A model generated the notes under the pieces. That model made no database searches and had not been told where the DNA came from. It was given only the letters and a program-made list of their open reading frames with translations. Below are positions 7,914-17,292 of a stretch of 25,532 nucleotides of DNA, piece by piece. The translations under genes and the position numbers were made by a program. Source of the DNA: a virus (Duplodnaviria > Caudoviricetes); the IMG/VR virus record IMGVR_UViG_3300010331_000037, positions 1 to 25,532 of that record; one strand, 5' to 3'. The number at the start of each line of letters is the position of its first letter. Position 1 is the first letter of the stretch.

Positions 7914-8708
7914 ATGGCCAGCACTGACGCAGGATCGGTAGCCACCGATATTCACCGCCGACGCCAGGTCGCGCTCGCCACGAGTGCCGACTCCGAAGTA
8001 CGCAGGGCGATGCAGCTGCTCGACGTGGCAAACATCGACGCCTCACGCGCACTGTGGAACGACCGCATGGTCGGGATCGTCGCAAAGTACTACAAGGTCT
8101 CGCAGGTCCAGGCCGTGAAGTACTTGGACGTGTACTGGTCGCTCGAGCGTCCAGGCGGCGCAGGAACGATCATCGCCCCATCCCTAGACATCACCGCCAC
8201 TTCAGGCGTCCTAGACGCTGCAGGACCACAGGGGCTCAAGGGCCGCATCCGCAAGGGCCGCACTCCCTACATGGCGTTCAACGAGGTCACCACAGACGTC
8301 CAGCGTGAGATGCGCAAGATGATCCTTGCCGGCGGCCGCAACGCCATCCGCGAGACAGGCAAGGCCGACCGCCGCGCAGTGGGCTACCGCCGCGTCTCCG
8401 ACGGCGACCCATGCACCTTCTGCGGCATGCTCGTCTCCCGCGGACCCGCCTACACCAGCGAAGCCAAAGCGCTCGCGAAGGGCAACGGCGACCCGTACCA
8501 CAAGGGCTGTGGCTGCACTGTCGAGATCATCTACCGCGACTGGGTGCCCACGGAAACAGAGCAGGTCTACGTGGACTCGTACTTCACGGCCGCCGACCAG
8601 GCCACCGCCGAGGGACTTGCGAGAACTCCCGAAACGGTGCTGTACCGGATGCGCGCCGGTGGCGCTTTCAAGGATTCGCCCGCGCGCCGCGCGCTCACGG
8701 GCAAATAA
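7914..8708 (+). CDS. MuF-like minor head / 'capsid maturation protease' family protein
   Basis: GYRRV...CTFCGMLVSRG...YHKGCGC; between portal and scaffold. Confidence 0.8.
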   Translation: MASTDAGSVATDIHRRRQVALATSADSEVRRAMQLLDVANIDASRALWNDRMVGIVAKYYKVSQVQAVKYLDVYWSLERPGGAGTIIAPSLDITATSGVLDAAGPQGLKGRIRKGRTPYMAFNEVTTDVQREMRKMILAGGRNAIRETGKADRRAVGYRRVSDGDPCTFCGMLVSRGPAYTSEAKALAKGNGDPYHKGCGCTVEIIYRDWVPTETEQVYVDSYFTAADQATAEGLARTPETVLYRMRAGGAFKDSPARRALTGK

Positions 8709-8776
8709 GACTCCCCGCTGCTCCAGCGGGTTGGCCGGCCAGGTGCTGGCACCACTACAGGGCCCAGGAGGTCCAC

Positions 8777-9433
8777 ATGTTCAACCCCAACAACCGTCTC
8801 CGTTTCGCTCCCGGCATCGTGTTCAACCAGTCCGGGGCTGAAGGTGGCGGATCGGGTGCGTCGCAGGACGGCGACACCAGCAAGTCGGGTGCGTCGCAGG
8901 ACGGCGACACCAGCAAGTCGGGTGCGTCGCAGGACGGCACCAACCAGGACGCCTCAAAGCAGGGCGAGTACAAGGCCCCGTGGGAGAAGTCCGGCGAGGC
9001 GTTCGACGAGAGCCGAGCTCGCACCCTGCTCGCGGCCAAGGATGCCGACGAGAAGAAGCTCAAGGACCGTCTGACGGAGTTGGAGACTGCCCAGAAGGCA
9101 GCCGACGACGCGAAGCTCACCGACCACCAGCGCCTCGAGAAGGAACGCGACGAGGCGAAGTCCGGCATGTCGGAGGCTCAACTCGACACAGCGCGTCTGC
9201 GTGCCGCTATCAAGTTTGGTCTTGCTGAGGATGACCTCGAGTTCATCAACGGCAAGACCCCAGAAGCGGTGCTCGCCGCCGCTGAGCGGTATGCCGAGCG
9301 CCACAAGGACGACACCAAGAAGTCCCTCCCCTCCAACCGTCCGCGTACAGGGCGCGGGGGGAGCGAGCCGGGCACTGAACCGGAAGAGATGGACCCGCGC
9401 AAGTTGGCGGCGTCCATTCCGCAACTTCACTAG
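8777..9433 (+). CDS. Capsid scaffolding protein
   Basis: ATG 8777 after AGGAGG; charged coiled-coil, PW...FDESRA, RGGSEP...DPRKLA terminus; precedes MCP. Confidence 0.88.
   Translation: MFNPNNRLRFAPGIVFNQSGAEGGGSGASQDGDTSKSGASQDGDTSKSGASQDGTNQDASKQGEYKAPWEKSGEAFDESRARTLLAAKDADEKKLKDRLTELETAQKAADDAKLTDHQRLEKERDEAKSGMSEAQLDTARLRAAIKFGLAEDDLEFINGKTPEAVLAAAERYAERHKDDTKKSLPSNRPRTGRGGSEPGTEPEEMDPRKLAASIPQLH
8852..8938 (+). repeat. 33-bp tandem repeat (2 perfect copies + partial) encoding SGASQDGDTSK
   Basis: TCGGGTGCGTCGCAGGACGGCGACACCAGCAAG at 8852 and 8885, first 21 nt again at 8918. Confidence 0.95.
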
Positions 9434-9475
9434 CCATCCGCACCAGGCGGGCGGCGTAACACAAGGAGAAACACC

Positions 9476-10426
9476 ATGGCCAACGCCTTTGTCAAGCCGG
9501 AAGTGGTTGTCAATACCGCTCTCGGCCTGCTCGAGCGTGAGCTTGTCGTGCCCCGCCTGGTTTGGCGGGATGGTGTCGGCGACTTCGCCGGCGCCAAGGA
9601 CGACACGATCACGGTCCGCCTTCCCGCCTATGCCAAGGCCAAGACCCGTGCACTGCGCTCGGGTGCGGCCCGCACGAAGTCGGCTCTGCAGCAACGCAAG
9701 GTTGACGTCACGCTCGACACCGACGTCTACCTCGACATCCCTGTCACGGACGAGCAGATGGAACTCGACATCAAGAACTTTGGTGCCGAGATCATCCAGC
9801 CCATGATGTCCGCCACCGCGCGCGTCATCGAGGAGCGCGTCGTGTCCGGGATGCAGGGCGCGACCTACGCTCACGACCTCGAGACCGACTACGCCGACCT
9901 GAAGGGCATGTTCGCGGAGGCTCGTCGCCTCATGAACAACGCGAACGTGCCACAGACGGGTCGTATCGCGCTCATGGGGTCGTCTGTTGACTCCGAGATG
10001 ATTCAGCTGGACAACCTCACGAAGGCCAGCGAGTCGGGCACCACGAGCGTGCTGCAGGCGGCAATGCTCCCGCCGATCTACGGGTTTACGCCCGTGTCGT
10101 CTCCGTTGCTGGATCCCGATGAGGTGGTCTTCTTCCACCCCACCGCGTTCCCGCTCGTCACGCGCGCGCCTAAGGTGCCTGCTGGCGCCCCGTGGGGCGA
10201 GTCGAAGTCGTTCGCAGGGTTCGCAACGCGTGTGGTTCGCGTGTTCGACCCCAACGAGGTCGAGGACCGCGTGGTTACCGACTCGTGGATCGGCACATCC
10301 GTCACCAAGGACTTCGGCACGCTTGACGCCACCACGGGTGTGTTCGAGCCCGCCGAGGACCTCGCCGGTGTCGGAGAGTCGGCGCTGCTGGTTCGCGCCG
10401 TTCACTTCGCCGCCCCGATCGTCTAG
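9476..10426 (+). CDS. Major capsid protein (P22 coat-like family)
   Basis: MANAFVKPEVV...ALGLLERELV...GAKDDTITVRLP...VTDEQMELDI.NF; AAGGAG RBS. Confidence 0.92.
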   Translation: MANAFVKPEVVVNTALGLLERELVVPRLVWRDGVGDFAGAKDDTITVRLPAYAKAKTRALRSGAARTKSALQQRKVDVTLDTDVYLDIPVTDEQMELDIKNFGAEIIQPMMSATARVIEERVVSGMQGATYAHDLETDYADLKGMFAEARRLMNNANVPQTGRIALMGSSVDSEMIQLDNLTKASESGTTSVLQAAMLPPIYGFTPVSSPLLDPDEVVFFHPTAFPLVTRAPKVPAGAPWGESKSFAGFATRVVRVFDPNEVEDRVVTDSWIGTSVTKDFGTLDATTGVFEPAEDLAGVGESALLVRAVHFAAPIV

Positions 10427-10438
10427 GGGTTTCGCGCC

Positions 10439-10903
10439 ATGACGCAGCCACTGCCTCCGCTCGCTCCCGTCGAGTCCCTTGCGGACTGGATTGAGGAAGA
10501 GATCCCGACGAACTCTGCCGCTTTCAAGCGGGCGGAGGCAGTGCTGCGCATGGCGTCCAGCCTTGTCAGGAAGGAGACCAAGCGGTCTTGGCTGAACCTC
10601 GCCATGACCGACGTGGTCGCTGACATCCCCGACGAGGTGGTGCAGGTGTGTGTGCAGGCCGCGGCCCGTAAGTACACCAATCCTGACGATTACGAGCAGG
10701 AGCGCGAAGACGACTTCTACGGTGCGCGCAAGGTCCAAGAGGCCGGCGTGTACCTCACGGAGTCCGAGAAGTCGCTGCTCGCCGAATACGCAGGGAATCT
10801 TCACGGGGGTTTGCGCACGATCACGACGACACGTGATGACTTCCCGGCGTTCGACGACTCGATACTCACGGGCGACCCCATCCTTCCGCCCTACTACCTC
10901 TAG
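10439..10903 (+). CDS. Head-to-tail adaptor
   Basis: RAEAVLRMASSLVR...VCVQAAARKYTNP...GVYLTESEKSLL; follows MCP. Confidence 0.8.
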   Translation: MTQPLPPLAPVESLADWIEEEIPTNSAAFKRAEAVLRMASSLVRKETKRSWLNLAMTDVVADIPDEVVQVCVQAAARKYTNPDDYEQEREDDFYGARKVQEAGVYLTESEKSLLAEYAGNLHGGLRTITTTRDDFPAFDDSILTGDPILPPYYL

Positions 10904-10911
10904 GGAGAGTC

Positions 10912-11322
10912 ATGGTGATGCCACAGGCAATCCGGGCCGGGCGCAGGCGGGCACTCCGTCGGATGAAGGATCGCTGCACTATCGAACGCCCTACCGGGGC
11001 GGCCAGCACTGTCGATCCTGAGACGAGTGACATTACGGTGCCGAAGCAAACCTTGGTCACGGAATACCCGTGCAGATTCCGCTCGTATGAGCCGTTCGAA
11101 TCGTCGCCCGAGGTGGCATCCAAGACGACAACGGTACAGCGCACAGCAATGCGATTTCCTGTCTCCGATGACTACCTTCCCAAGGTGGGTGACATCGTGA
11201 CGGTGACCGCGTCGCCGGACCCGTCGCTCGCTGCAGGATCACGTGTGTTTCGTGTGGCCGACATTCCCCAAAATTCTCTTTCGACCGCCTTCCGTGTGTA
11301 CGTCGACGAGGTGACGCGATGA
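10912..11322 (+). CDS. Head-to-tail stopper (DUF6093-like)
   Basis: GRRRA.RRMKDRCTIERP...DPET...GDIVTVT; synteny. Confidence 0.75.
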   Translation: MVMPQAIRAGRRRALRRMKDRCTIERPTGAASTVDPETSDITVPKQTLVTEYPCRFRSYEPFESSPEVASKTTTVQRTAMRFPVSDDYLPKVGDIVTVTASPDPSLAAGSRVFRVADIPQNSLSTAFRVYVDEVTR

Positions 11323-11711
11323 GCGCTATCGACACGTCAGGTTTCCGCGAGTTCGCGGCAGTTGTAGACCGTGCTGAAACGAACATGGCGGCCGAGATCC
11401 GCAGCGTCGTGGTGAAGGGCGCTGTCAACGTCAAAGCCACGATGCGCGCAGACATGCGTCAACGCCCGCACTTTCGCAAGATCGCCCAGGACATCGACTT
11501 TGATGTGCTCGAGGAACGTGACGCGGTGTCAGCAGCGATCGGCCCCGTGATTGGTCGCGGAAAGGGTCACGCCGGCGGTCTCGCATGGATCGCCTACTTC
11601 GGTGCCCCCAACGGCGGAGGCGGAACCGTGCGCGACCCTCAGGCGGCGCTCGATGAGGAAGAGCAAGGGCTTCTCAGCGCGCTCGCAGATGTGGCGGGGG
11701 GGCTCCTCTGA
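11319..11711 (+). CDS. Neck / HK97 gp10-like protein
   Basis: VVKGAVNVK...IDFD...IGP...GGLAWIAYFG; ATGA coupling. Confidence 0.7.
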   Translation: MSAIDTSGFREFAAVVDRAETNMAAEIRSVVVKGAVNVKATMRADMRQRPHFRKIAQDIDFDVLEERDAVSAAIGPVIGRGKGHAGGLAWIAYFGAPNGGGGTVRDPQAALDEEEQGLLSALADVAGGLL

Positions 11712-12106
11712 TGGTTGACCACGTGGTCGCAATCAAGGCGCTCATCGAACCGCTCGACATCTTCGTGTGTGGAACGGACGTGCCCGCTAGTGCACCGGAC
11801 AAGCGTGTCGTAGTCACCGCACCAAACCTTGCGACCACACAGGCAGCGATGGCAGGTGATCGCGATATTCGCGACTATGTCCAGGTGAAGTACTGCGGGG
11901 CGAATGAGGACCAGGCTCGATCAGTGGGCGAGCGGGTGGCGGCGCTCTTAGACCGTTCACACCCCGTTGTTGAGGGCTGGTCGACTGACCTCCGGCGCAC
12001 TGCCACGAGCCCTTTTTTCGCTGACCGCAACCTGATGGGGATCACTACGGACTCTCACGTGGTCGCCGCAACGGACACCTACCGGTACACAGCCTGGCGC
12101 AACTAG
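11711..12106 (+). CDS. Tail terminator
   Basis: TGATG coupling, 131 aa, VQVKYCG.NEDQAR.V.ERV...L; position before the major tail gene. Confidence 0.7.
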   Translation: MVDHVVAIKALIEPLDIFVCGTDVPASAPDKRVVVTAPNLATTQAAMAGDRDIRDYVQVKYCGANEDQARSVGERVAALLDRSHPVVEGWSTDLRRTATSPFFADRNLMGITTDSHVVAATDTYRYTAWRN

Positions 12107-12164
12107 CCAGAAGACCACTCGCAACGTCCTAGAGGGCGCTCGCGCACGTCACAAGGAGACTCTC

Positions 12165-12431
12165 ATGACCGACAAGCCGATGGCCGCCTTTGTTGATGGT
12201 CTGGACAGGAACACCGGCAAGACGCGCACTGTGCCCGCCCACTACATCAACAACCCGAACATCTTCGGTGGCGCATTCGTGTTGCCGACAGACCCGGCGG
12301 CGGCCCCAAAGCCGCAACCAAAGAAGACGTCCCGCAGTTCACATGCGGGATCTGTGGAGACCCCGGCCGCCCCTGTGGCGGCCACCGATACCAACCCCGC
12401 GCAGGCCGGGGACACCGACTCTGAGGAGTGA
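12165..12431 (+). CDS. Small hypothetical virion-module protein
   Basis: AAGGAG RBS; TGKTRTVPAHY followed by a Pro/Lys/Ala-rich tail. Confidence 0.7.
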   Translation: MTDKPMAAFVDGLDRNTGKTRTVPAHYINNPNIFGGAFVLPTDPAAAPKPQPKKTSRSSHAGSVETPAAPVAATDTNPAQAGDTDSEE

Positions 12432-12436
12432 TCCAC

Positions 12437-12943
12437 ATGCCCAAGATGCTCGCGGATGAGGACGACAAGCTCGTCTCCCTGGCGACTGCACCAGCCAGTA
12501 AGAATGCCGTCACGGCCACCGAAGCCAACGCTGGTGTGGACTGGTCGACGCAGATCCTTGCGGACCCTCAGTTGGGGCCAACCGGGTCGTCCAAGATCAA
12601 CATGCCCGCCATGGGTGAGCCTCGCAGTTCGGAGACGTTCGGCAAGTCCGGCGCGTCTGGGGAGATCACCGCGTTCAGGTACTTCACGTCGGGCGGCCAG
12701 CCAGACGTTACCGAAGAGACGGCTTTCCAGGCGGCCTACGTCAAGGGAACCGAACTTCACCTGCTACGTCGCACTGGTGGGAAGCTCGCTTCTGCTGATT
12801 TCGCGGCAGACGACGAGTACTCGTATTTCAAGGCGATCACCGATGACCCGATCCTTGAGACCGGTGAGGGCTGGCGCAGGTACCGCATCCCGCTCGCGAT
12901 CAGTGACATGGCGCTCAACAAGGTCATCGTCGCAGGCGCATAA
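12437..12943 (+). CDS. Major tail (tube) protein
   Basis: ATG 12437 after GAGGAG; MPKMLAD...KGTELHLLRRTGGK...FAADDEYSYF...TDDP. Confidence 0.85.
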   Translation: MPKMLADEDDKLVSLATAPASKNAVTATEANAGVDWSTQILADPQLGPTGSSKINMPAMGEPRSSETFGKSGASGEITAFRYFTSGGQPDVTEETAFQAAYVKGTELHLLRRTGGKLASADFAADDEYSYFKAITDDPILETGEGWRRYRIPLAISDMALNKVIVAGA

Positions 12944-13068
12944 CGACCATCCCCGCGTCGCTGGTCTCCACAGCGGCGGCGCGGGGGTGCCCCATGGGGC
13001 ACCCCTCACTGTGGATACTCACCCCGGCCTTGGCCGGACCAATACCCAATGATTCTGTGGAGGATCAC

Positions 13069-13695
13069 ATGTCTAACTCTGTTGTTGATCAGTGGCTCAA
13101 CAGCGGCACTGCCCGCACCGAGACCGTGGAGTTGTTCGCCGACCAGGCGATCATGGATGAGATGCGCGACTTGATTGCCCGTCGCGACATTCTGGAGAGC
13201 CAGTCCACGACGGGCCAACGCGCAATGGGTGAAGCGAACCCGATGCGGGACCTCGAGCGGGATGAGGCGGCGCTGTGGGCCAGGTATGAGGCATCGAAGT
13301 CGACATGGATCGTGAGGGCTTTGACTCCTGACGAGACAGAGGAGATTCGGGACGAGTTCCCCGAGCCGATGGCCCCCCAAATGTTGCCGAAGGTCGCGCC
13401 AGCGAAAGCGAAGGCTGCTTGGGCGGTAGAGCGTGACGCATTCGTGAAGGAGTCCGAGCGTCAGGCGATCGAGCGCGACCTGCACTTCATCGCGAAGGCG
13501 ACGATCAGCATCACGACCGGTCAAGGTGCGACGGAGACCATTTCCGTGGCCCAGGTGCGTGCCATGCGGGCCCGCGAGTACGGACCTGACCGTATCGAGA
13601 TGCTCACCAAGGCCATCGCGAAGGCGACCCGCGGTGAGGTGGAGATGCCCCGCCCAAAATCGTTGAGTGGCTCCGAGGGCACCAAGGGGCAGTAA
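13069..13695 (+). CDS. Tail assembly chaperone (gpG-like)
   Basis: ATG 13069 after GGAGGA; between major tail and TMP; slippery heptamer near the 3' end. Confidence 0.85.
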   Translation: MSNSVVDQWLNSGTARTETVELFADQAIMDEMRDLIARRDILESQSTTGQRAMGEANPMRDLERDEAALWARYEASKSTWIVRALTPDETEEIRDEFPEPMAPQMLPKVAPAKAKAAWAVERDAFVKESERQAIERDLHFIAKATISITTGQGATETISVAQVRAMRAREYGPDRIEMLTKAIAKATRGEVEMPRPKSLSGSEGTKGQ

Positions 13696-14012
13696 CCGCC
13701 ATAGAGGCAGCCGCACTGTGGTCCGTTAAGCCGTCCGACTATGAAAAGTGGTCACCCAAGGACCGGGGCCTCGCCGAGTCGCTCGTCCTATACCGGCGCT
13801 CACACAACCAGTACGGCGCACCGCTCGAACACGCAATCGACCCCGAGACCGAGGGATGGTGGCTCGTAGAGATGCAAACCGACTACGCAGCGCTCGCGGT
13901 GCACAAGCACTTGGCAAAACTTGGCGAGAACGCTCCGAAGGGCGCGAGTCCGATAGTGAAGCTTGACCCGAGCTTCAAGCCGTCGAAGCCAGGCCAGACT
14001 CCCGACGAGTAA
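13653..14012 (+). CDS. Tail assembly chaperone gpGT extension via -1 programmed frameshift
   Basis: C-CCA-AAA at 13653-13659 in frame; the -1 frame is open for 119 codons (PKIVEWLRG...WSPKDRGLAESL...TPDE*) with no early start codon of its own. Confidence 0.85.
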   Translation, partial: PKIVEWLRGHQGAVTAIEAAALWSVKPSDYEKWSPKDRGLAESLVLYRRSHNQYGAPLEHAIDPETEGWWLVEMQTDYAALAVHKHLAKLGENAPKGASPIVKLDPSFKPSKPGQTPDE

Positions 14013-14313
14013 AGACCAGGTCGCGACCCTCAATGAGGTCACCGTTGGGCATATTCGTATTGCTCGCCAGGACATAACCCCGAACGCCGGCCCCGTCGAC
14101 CACGTCTGGGAGTGGAAGCGTGCGGATCGTCGACTGGTAACTCACCATCGGCCGCCCATCGAACACCTCATCGAGCACCTGATCTTTGCGGACGAGTAGT
14201 TCATCGCGCTCGCGCAGGTTACGCCCACCACCGCGCGCCATCTCGATCGCCAGCCATATACCGATGGCCCCAAGACCAGCGATGCCAACCATCACAAAGA
14301 TCACGAACTCCAT
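13975..14313 (-). CDS. Membrane-anchored moron protein (reverse orientation)
   Basis: N-terminal hydrophobic helix FVIFVMVGIAGLGAIGIWLAI; TAGCCT -10-like element 8 nt upstream of ATG. Confidence 0.75.
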   Translation of the reverse strand: MEFVIFVMVGIAGLGAIGIWLAIEMARGGGRNLRERDELLVRKDQVLDEVFDGRPMVSYQSTIRTLPLPDVVDGAGVRGYVLASNTNMPNGDLIEGRDLVFTRRESGLASTA

Positions 14314-14348
14314 AGCGACTGAGGCTACTCCGACCGGGAGGTGAACGC

Positions 14349-17291
14349 ATGTCTGAACGGACGATAGCCGTCAAAATCCGGGCGGAGTATCAGGGTTACA
14401 AGTCCGCGATGGCTGACATCCGTGCAGAGTCGGCCAAGACTGCGGCGTTCCTTGACCGTGATGGCAACAAGATCACGTCCACCACGGGCCGGATGATCCA
14501 TTCGGCGAACACAAACCGTGAGGCGTGGGAGAAGTCGGGTCGGGCCCTCACGCTATTTGGTGCGGCAGGCGCCGCGGCGCTCGTGTTCTCGGCGCGCGCG
14601 GCGATCGATTGGGAGGCGGCCTGGGCTGGGGTTCTCAAGACCGTCGATGGTACGCACGATGAGCTCGCGACGTTGCAGGACGATTTGCGCGCGATGGCGT
14701 TGGTGCTGCCCGCCTCCCAGACAGAGATCGCGAATGTGGCAGCGGCCGCGGGACAACTGGGCGTCAAGGTCAAGGATGTGGCCGCGTTCACGCGCGTGAT
14801 GATCGACCTCGGTCAGACCACGAACCTCTCCGCTGAGGAAGCAGCGACGTCGATTGCCCGGATGGCGAACATCATGGGCACGTCTATCTCGGATATTGCC
14901 CGAATGGGCGCGACGATCGTGGACCTCGGCAACAACTCGGCTACGACGGAAGCCGAGATCGTCGACTTAGGCCTTCGCCTTGCCGCAGCGGGCAAGCAGG
15001 CAGGGCTTTCCGAGTCGCAGGTACTAGCGTTCGCATCAGCACTCACCTCCGTGGGTGTGCCCTCGGAGGCCGCAGGCACGGCAATCTCGAAGGTCATGAC
15101 GTCAATTTCGGACGCCGTGAAAGATGGCGGTGACGACCTCGAGACGTTCGCACAAGTAGCGGGAGTTTCGACGGAAGAATTCCAGCGCGCTTTCGAGCAG
15201 GACGCAGCAGGAGCGATCGGGTCATTCATCGAGGGCATGGGTCGCATGTCATCCTCTGGCCAGTCGACAACAGCGATCTTCGACAACCTGGGCCTCGCCG
15301 ACGAGCGCCTTAAGAGGTCTGTGCTCTCCCTCGGCTCAGCACACGGGCTCCTCACCGACCAGTTGGCGCTCGCAAGTACGGCGTGGGAAGACAACACGGC
15401 GCTCGTGGAGGAAGCGAACAAGCGGTACGACACCACAGAGGCGAAGATCGCGATCGCTCGCAACGCGCTGAACGAAGCAGCGATCACCATCGGCGAGGAA
15501 CTCTTGCCCATGCTCGCCTCCCTCGCGACAGGGGTCGCAGACGTCTCCGAGTGGTTCGCAGGCCTGCCGGAGCCCGTCAAGAAGGCCGTCGCGGGCCTTG
15601 GCGGAGTGACGACAGGAGCTGCTCTTGCGGCGGGTGGGTTCCTGTTGCTGTTTCCAAGAGTTGTCGAGACGGTAGGGTCACTAACCCAGCTTGGACTCAT
15701 CTCGCCTCGCGCGACGGCTAGGCTCGCAAGTCTTTCAAAGGCAGCAGGCTATGCGGGGCTCGCGGGCGCGTTCATAGCAGTCGCGGTCGCAGCCAAGCAG
15801 GGCATCGACGCACTTACTGATGCTTCACCGAGCCTGGTCGATGTTCGCAACCAACTCGCCACTGCAGCCGACGGGGCAGACCTCCTCTCCGAATCAATGA
15901 TCAATGTCGGCGCGAACATGACCGGCTTCAACAAGATCGCCGACGACATGCAGGGCAAGCCCTGGTGGCAATTCGGCGCATCAGCAGCTGACTGGGTCGG
16001 CAACACCGTCAGCACCCTCTTCGGTGCAGGAGACTCCGTAGTCAAAGCCGCCGACGAAATACGCGTCATGGACGACGCCCTCGCCGGATTCGCCGCCATC
16101 GACCTGACTTCCTCCCAGAAGCAGTTCCAACTCCTCGCCGAAGGCTTCGGTGCCGTATCCGACGAAGACTTCGCAACCGTGCTCGACGCCCTACCAAAGT
16201 TCCGAGACGCACTCACAGAACAGGCAACCGCACAAGGACTCGCAGCGGACGACGCCACCCTCCTCGCGCTCGCGACGGGCAAGATCAAGGTGAGTACTGA
16301 CGCCGCGATCGATAGCACAACGGTCGGGACAAGTGCCACGGATGATGCAACGGATGCGACGCAGTCATATGTCGAGGCGCTAACCGCGCAGATTGATGCT
16401 CAGCATGAGGCTGCGGGGATTGCACTCAACGAGTTCGACGCGCTTACGAACTATGCCGACGCTGTCGATGGCGCAACCGCAGCACTCTACGACGAGAACG
16501 GTGCGCTCATCGAGGGCGCCGCGACGTTGAATGAACACACTCAGGCGGGCCGCGATAACCGTGATGCGCTGTCCAATCTGGTTGATTCGACATTCGCATG
16601 GCTTGAAGCGGGAGACGCAGCCGGTGTTGGCGCTGGTGAGCTCTACAACCGGATGGAGGAGGGCCGCCAGGCCTTTATCAACTCAGCCATCCAGATGGGG
16701 CTTACCGCTGACGAGGCAGCCGCGTTGGCCGACAAAATGAACCTCATCCCCACTGCGGTATATACGCCGTTCGAGACGCCAGGTTTAGCGACGGCGCTAT
16801 CGCAGGTGAATGCGTTGAATGATGCGATCAGGAGGATTCCAGGTTCGACACGCTACGCAATTGAGGGGTACTCGACGCATGGCGGGTCGACGTTCGCAGG
16901 GGGTGGGGCGATCCACGGGCCGGGAACATCAGTTTCCGACGACGTGCCGATTTGGGCATCCGACGGCGAGTACATGGTCAAGGCCGCGGCGCACTCGTTC
17001 TGGGGAACCCGCGGCATGGATGCGATCAACAACGCCGACACAGGAAGCCTGATGCAGATTCTCATGGCGCGAGGCCTTGCTGATGGTGGGTCTGCCACGG
17101 GAACCACGTTCCCGATGATCGGCAGCGCCTCACCGAATGTCAACGTCTCGATGGCCGGGATGCTCGAGGGCTCCAAAGTGGTGGTTGATATTGGCGGCCA
17201 GGCTTTCGATGCCGTGATTCGCACGGTGGTGCAGAGCGAACGGGGCGCAGCTTCGGGTGTACGTAAGAGCGCATTGAGGGGAAGGGGCTGA
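14349..17291 (+). CDS. Tape measure protein
   Basis: 980 aa, Ala-rich; TP901-type core (AAGQLGV...LGNNSATTEAEI); C-terminal FAGGGAIHGPGT..SDDVP...SDGEY. Confidence 0.95.
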   Translation: MSERTIAVKIRAEYQGYKSAMADIRAESAKTAAFLDRDGNKITSTTGRMIHSANTNREAWEKSGRALTLFGAAGAAALVFSARAAIDWEAAWAGVLKTVDGTHDELATLQDDLRAMALVLPASQTEIANVAAAAGQLGVKVKDVAAFTRVMIDLGQTTNLSAEEAATSIARMANIMGTSISDIARMGATIVDLGNNSATTEAEIVDLGLRLAAAGKQAGLSESQVLAFASALTSVGVPSEAAGTAISKVMTSISDAVKDGGDDLETFAQVAGVSTEEFQRAFEQDAAGAIGSFIEGMGRMSSSGQSTTAIFDNLGLADERLKRSVLSLGSAHGLLTDQLALASTAWEDNTALVEEANKRYDTTEAKIAIARNALNEAAITIGEELLPMLASLATGVADVSEWFAGLPEPVKKAVAGLGGVTTGAALAAGGFLLLFPRVVETVGSLTQLGLISPRATARLASLSKAAGYAGLAGAFIAVAVAAKQGIDALTDASPSLVDVRNQLATAADGADLLSESMINVGANMTGFNKIADDMQGKPWWQFGASAADWVGNTVSTLFGAGDSVVKAADEIRVMDDALAGFAAIDLTSSQKQFQLLAEGFGAVSDEDFATVLDALPKFRDALTEQATAQGLAADDATLLALATGKIKVSTDAAIDSTTVGTSATDDATDATQSYVEALTAQIDAQHEAAGIALNEFDALTNYADAVDGATAALYDENGALIEGAATLNEHTQAGRDNRDALSNLVDSTFAWLEAGDAAGVGAGELYNRMEEGRQAFINSAIQMGLTADEAAALADKMNLIPTAVYTPFETPGLATALSQVNALNDAIRRIPGSTRYAIEGYSTHGGSTFAGGGAIHGPGTSVSDDVPIWASDGEYMVKAAAHSFWGTRGMDAINNADTGSLMQILMARGLADGGSATGTTFPMIGSASPNVNVSMAGMLEGSKVVVDIGGQAFDAVIRTVVQSERGAASGVRKSALRGRG

Positions 17292-17292
17292 C

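Noticed and set aside
8852-8938. CRISPR mini-array
   Set aside because: Units are contiguous with no unique spacers and are in-frame coding repeats.
8954-10804. 616-aa antisense ORF (also 5320-6558, 14813-15700, 1638-2618 and similar)
   Set aside because: Shadow frames of real genes in high-GC DNA; no motifs and no RBS.
13748-14199. ORF-track + strand ORFs 13748-13966 and 13963-14199
   Set aside because: The region is better explained by the -1 gpGT frame and the - strand membrane gene.
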